Positions 24,167 to 26,069 of a stretch of 26,069 nucleotides of DNA are shown here, in pieces (the first letter of the stretch is position 1; the number at the start of each line of letters is the position of its first letter). The translations under genes were made by a program, and so were the position numbers. The notes under the pieces are model-generated. The model ran no database searches. It was not told the DNA's origin and saw only the letters and a program-made list of their open reading frames with translations. Origin of the DNA: Phycisphaerae bacterium (GTDB taxonomy: Bacteria > Planctomycetota > Phycisphaerae > Phycisphaerales > UBA1924); the NCBI GenBank assembly GCA_041483855.1, contig JBGPGM010000001.1, positions 1 through 26,069 on the forward strand, read 5' to 3'.

Positions 24167-25855
24167 ATGAGTCCCGACACCACCGATCAAGGCGGCACAT
24201 CTCCGCGCGATCCGGCGCCCGGCGACCCCATGCCGGGCTCGCCGTCGGCCGAGCCGGGTTCGTCGCCCAACGGCGGCGACCGCCCGCACGCGCAGATCCT
24301 GCGGACCATCGAGGAACTGCAGTCCCGGTTCGAAGACCTGCGCCGCATGCACGCCGAGGCCACGCAGCGCGAGACGCAACTGCGCCTCCAGGCCGCGCAG
24401 CTGACCCAGCGCGACGAGACCGTGGCCGCCAACGCCAGGGCGATCGAGCAGGAGCGGGCCCGGCTCACCGAGCGTGCGGAAGGCCTCGGCGCGCGGGAGC
24501 AGGAACTGGAGGCGCGCCGCGTCGCCCTGGAGCACGAGAACGAGAACCTGCGCGGCGCGTTGGCCGCGGCCCAGCAGGCCCGAACGGAACTGGAGCGGTC
24601 CCGGGCGCAGTCGGTGCAGTCGGGCGCGGCCCTGGAAGCCCAGGCGGCCCGCGTGAGCGAACTGGAGGCGCGCCTGACGGAACTGACCTCCGCCCGCCTG
24701 TCGCTGGAAGCGCGTCTCACGACGCAGCAGGCGAGCCTCGACGCCGCCCAGCGAGCCTTGGAGGAAGCGGCAGCGCGCCAGCAGGCCAACCCGCCGGTCG
24801 CCGCGCCCGAATCCGAAGAACTCGCCCTGCGGAACCGGGCGATCCAGGTGCTGGCCGAGCGGCTCGAGCGCGCCCAGAAGGACAAGCAGGACCTGCAGAG
24901 GCAACTGGACGACGCCATGGCGGGGGCCGCGCCCGTTCCCGCCGCCGGCACGCCCAACGCCCTGCGACGACAACGGCTGGTCCGGTACAAGACCCTGCTG
25001 CGGGCCCAGGCCCGCAAGATCATGCAGGCCCAGGTGGCGCTCCAAAAGCGGCAGGCCGAGTGCGAGGCCCTGCTGGCCCAGCGGGCCCGGCTGGCCGCGG
25101 CCGCCGCCGACCTGACCCGGCGCGAACAAAGGGTCAGCGTGGCCCGCACGAAGACCACCGCCGCCACGATTGTCTTCTATCTGGTCGGAATCACGACCAT
25201 CCTGGGGGCGCTGTCGTGGGGGTTGGCGAGCTTGGTGGCTCCGCAGACGTACGTGGCCAAGGCGGTGCTGGAGGTGGACCCGCGCGGGCGGACCATGACC
25301 GAACAGGAACTGGCGTCCTGGCAGCAGTACCACCAGGGGTTGGTCTCGGACCCGGTCATGATGGAGGTGGCGGCGGAGCGCATGGCGCGCCGGGGGCTCG
25401 CGACGTTGGGCACTGCGCCGGACCTTGGAGCACGGCTGCACAAGGACCTCTTCACGCAGTCCGAGCGCCCCGGCATGCTGACGCTGGAACTGACCGGCCA
25501 GGGCGCCGAACGCACGGAGCGGGAACTGAGCACGTTCGTGGCGGCCATGGTCGCGCAGGCCAACGGCTCACGGGACCAGCGGACCGACGGGGGCGCCACG
25601 CTGCTGACCCAGGACGCCAAGGCCGGCGCCGAGCCGATCAAGGACCCTCGGTTGCCATACGCGGGCGCGTTCCTGGCCGGCTCCCTGGTGGCGGTGCTGT
25701 GCTTCGGCCTGGTCATCTGGGCGCGCCTGGCGCGGGCCAAGCAGCGGATCGACCGCGAGGACCTGGCCGCCGCGACGTTCGAGGACCCGGCATGGGCCGC
25801 GGCCGAGCGGGCGTTGCCTCCGCGGACGCTGGCCCAGGGCCAGGCCCGGCCGTAG
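24167..25855 (+). CDS. Membrane protein: Pro-rich N-terminus, long coiled coil, two TM helices flanking an extracytoplasmic domain
   Basis: Start at ATG 24167. Heptad-rich E/Q/R/L/A region of about 300 aa, TM1 IVFYLVGITTILGALSWGLASLVA, a soluble domain starting TYVAKAVLEV, then TM2 YAGAFLAGSLVAVLCFGLVIW. Confidence 0.8.
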   Translation: MSPDTTDQGGTSPRDPAPGDPMPGSPSAEPGSSPNGGDRPHAQILRTIEELQSRFEDLRRMHAEATQRETQLRLQAAQLTQRDETVAANARAIEQERARLTERAEGLGAREQELEARRVALEHENENLRGALAAAQQARTELERSRAQSVQSGAALEAQAARVSELEARLTELTSARLSLEARLTTQQASLDAAQRALEEAAARQQANPPVAAPESEELALRNRAIQVLAERLERAQKDKQDLQRQLDDAMAGAAPVPAAGTPNALRRQRLVRYKTLLRAQARKIMQAQVALQKRQAECEALLAQRARLAAAAADLTRREQRVSVARTKTTAATIVFYLVGITTILGALSWGLASLVAPQTYVAKAVLEVDPRGRTMTEQELASWQQYHQGLVSDPVMMEVAAERMARRGLATLGTAPDLGARLHKDLFTQSERPGMLTLELTGQGAERTERELSTFVAAMVAQANGSRDQRTDGGATLLTQDAKAGAEPIKDPRLPYAGAFLAGSLVAVLCFGLVIWARLARAKQRIDREDLAAATFEDPAWAAAERALPPRTLAQGQARP

Positions 25856-25906
25856 CCGTGGCGCGATGGCCGGACCGCGCGCCAGGGCACGCGGGACGCG
25901 TATCGA

Positions 25907-26069
25907 TCAGATCTTGTTGCTCTTGAGCAGGGGCGTGGGCTTGGCGCCGTGGTCGCTGGCGATCAAGGCCAAGCCGAGGCCCTCGGTCACGCTCAGGTTG
26001 ATCTTCTGGTGGAACTTGGAACTGGTGGAACGGATGGTCAGGACCGCCTGGCCCACGTTGCCCTTCTCG
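25907..26069 (-). CDS. 3' end of an unidentified gene running off the window
   Basis: Minus frame EKGNVGQAVLTIRSTSSKFHQKINLSVTEGLGLALIASDHGAKPTPLLKSNKI-stop (TGA at 25909-25907), with strong C/G-ending codons. Confidence 0.65.
   Translation of the reverse strand, partial: EKGNVGQAVLTIRSTSSKFHQKINLSVTEGLGLALIASDHGAKPTPLLKSNKI

Noticed and set aside
22924-25926. 1000-aa + strand ORF
   Set aside because: R/G/P/A-rich alternative-frame translation overlapping the aldose epimerase (antisense) and the coiled-coil gene (other frame); no domain signal.

Overview
GC-rich bacterial window. The flanking genes (notably a LexA with an SKVTVFEHV recognition helix) suggest Planctomycetota/Phycisphaerae; this taxonomy is an inference. 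Bases 1-11570 are the 3' part of a type VI secretion system on the + strand: tssC (5'-truncated), hcp, tagJ, tssE, tssF, tssG, clpV, vgrG, the same order as P. aeruginosa H1-T6SS. After vgrG, which appears to have its own extended -10 promoter, lies the most interesting block. It holds a stand-alone transthyretin-like (TTR-like) protein resembling a detached VgrG tail, a LysM/TTR-like/peptidoglycan-binding protein with no signal peptide, and a 953-aa amidohydrolase whose intact metal-binding motifs are spread apart by three large insertions. I see no obvious immunity gene. From about 15.8 kb the genes look chromosomal: a possible divergent macrodomain protein, a DinB-superfamily protein, lexA with an unexplained upstream ORF and candidate operators, dprA, an Fcy1-type deaminase, a SpoIID/LytB protein, an EVE gene fused in frame to a truncated M61 peptidase remnant, an aldose 1-epimerase, a two-TM coiled-coil protein and a partial gene at the right edge. 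I found no rRNA, tRNA, CRISPR array or transposase. All family assignments are by-eye motif recognition; no searches were run.
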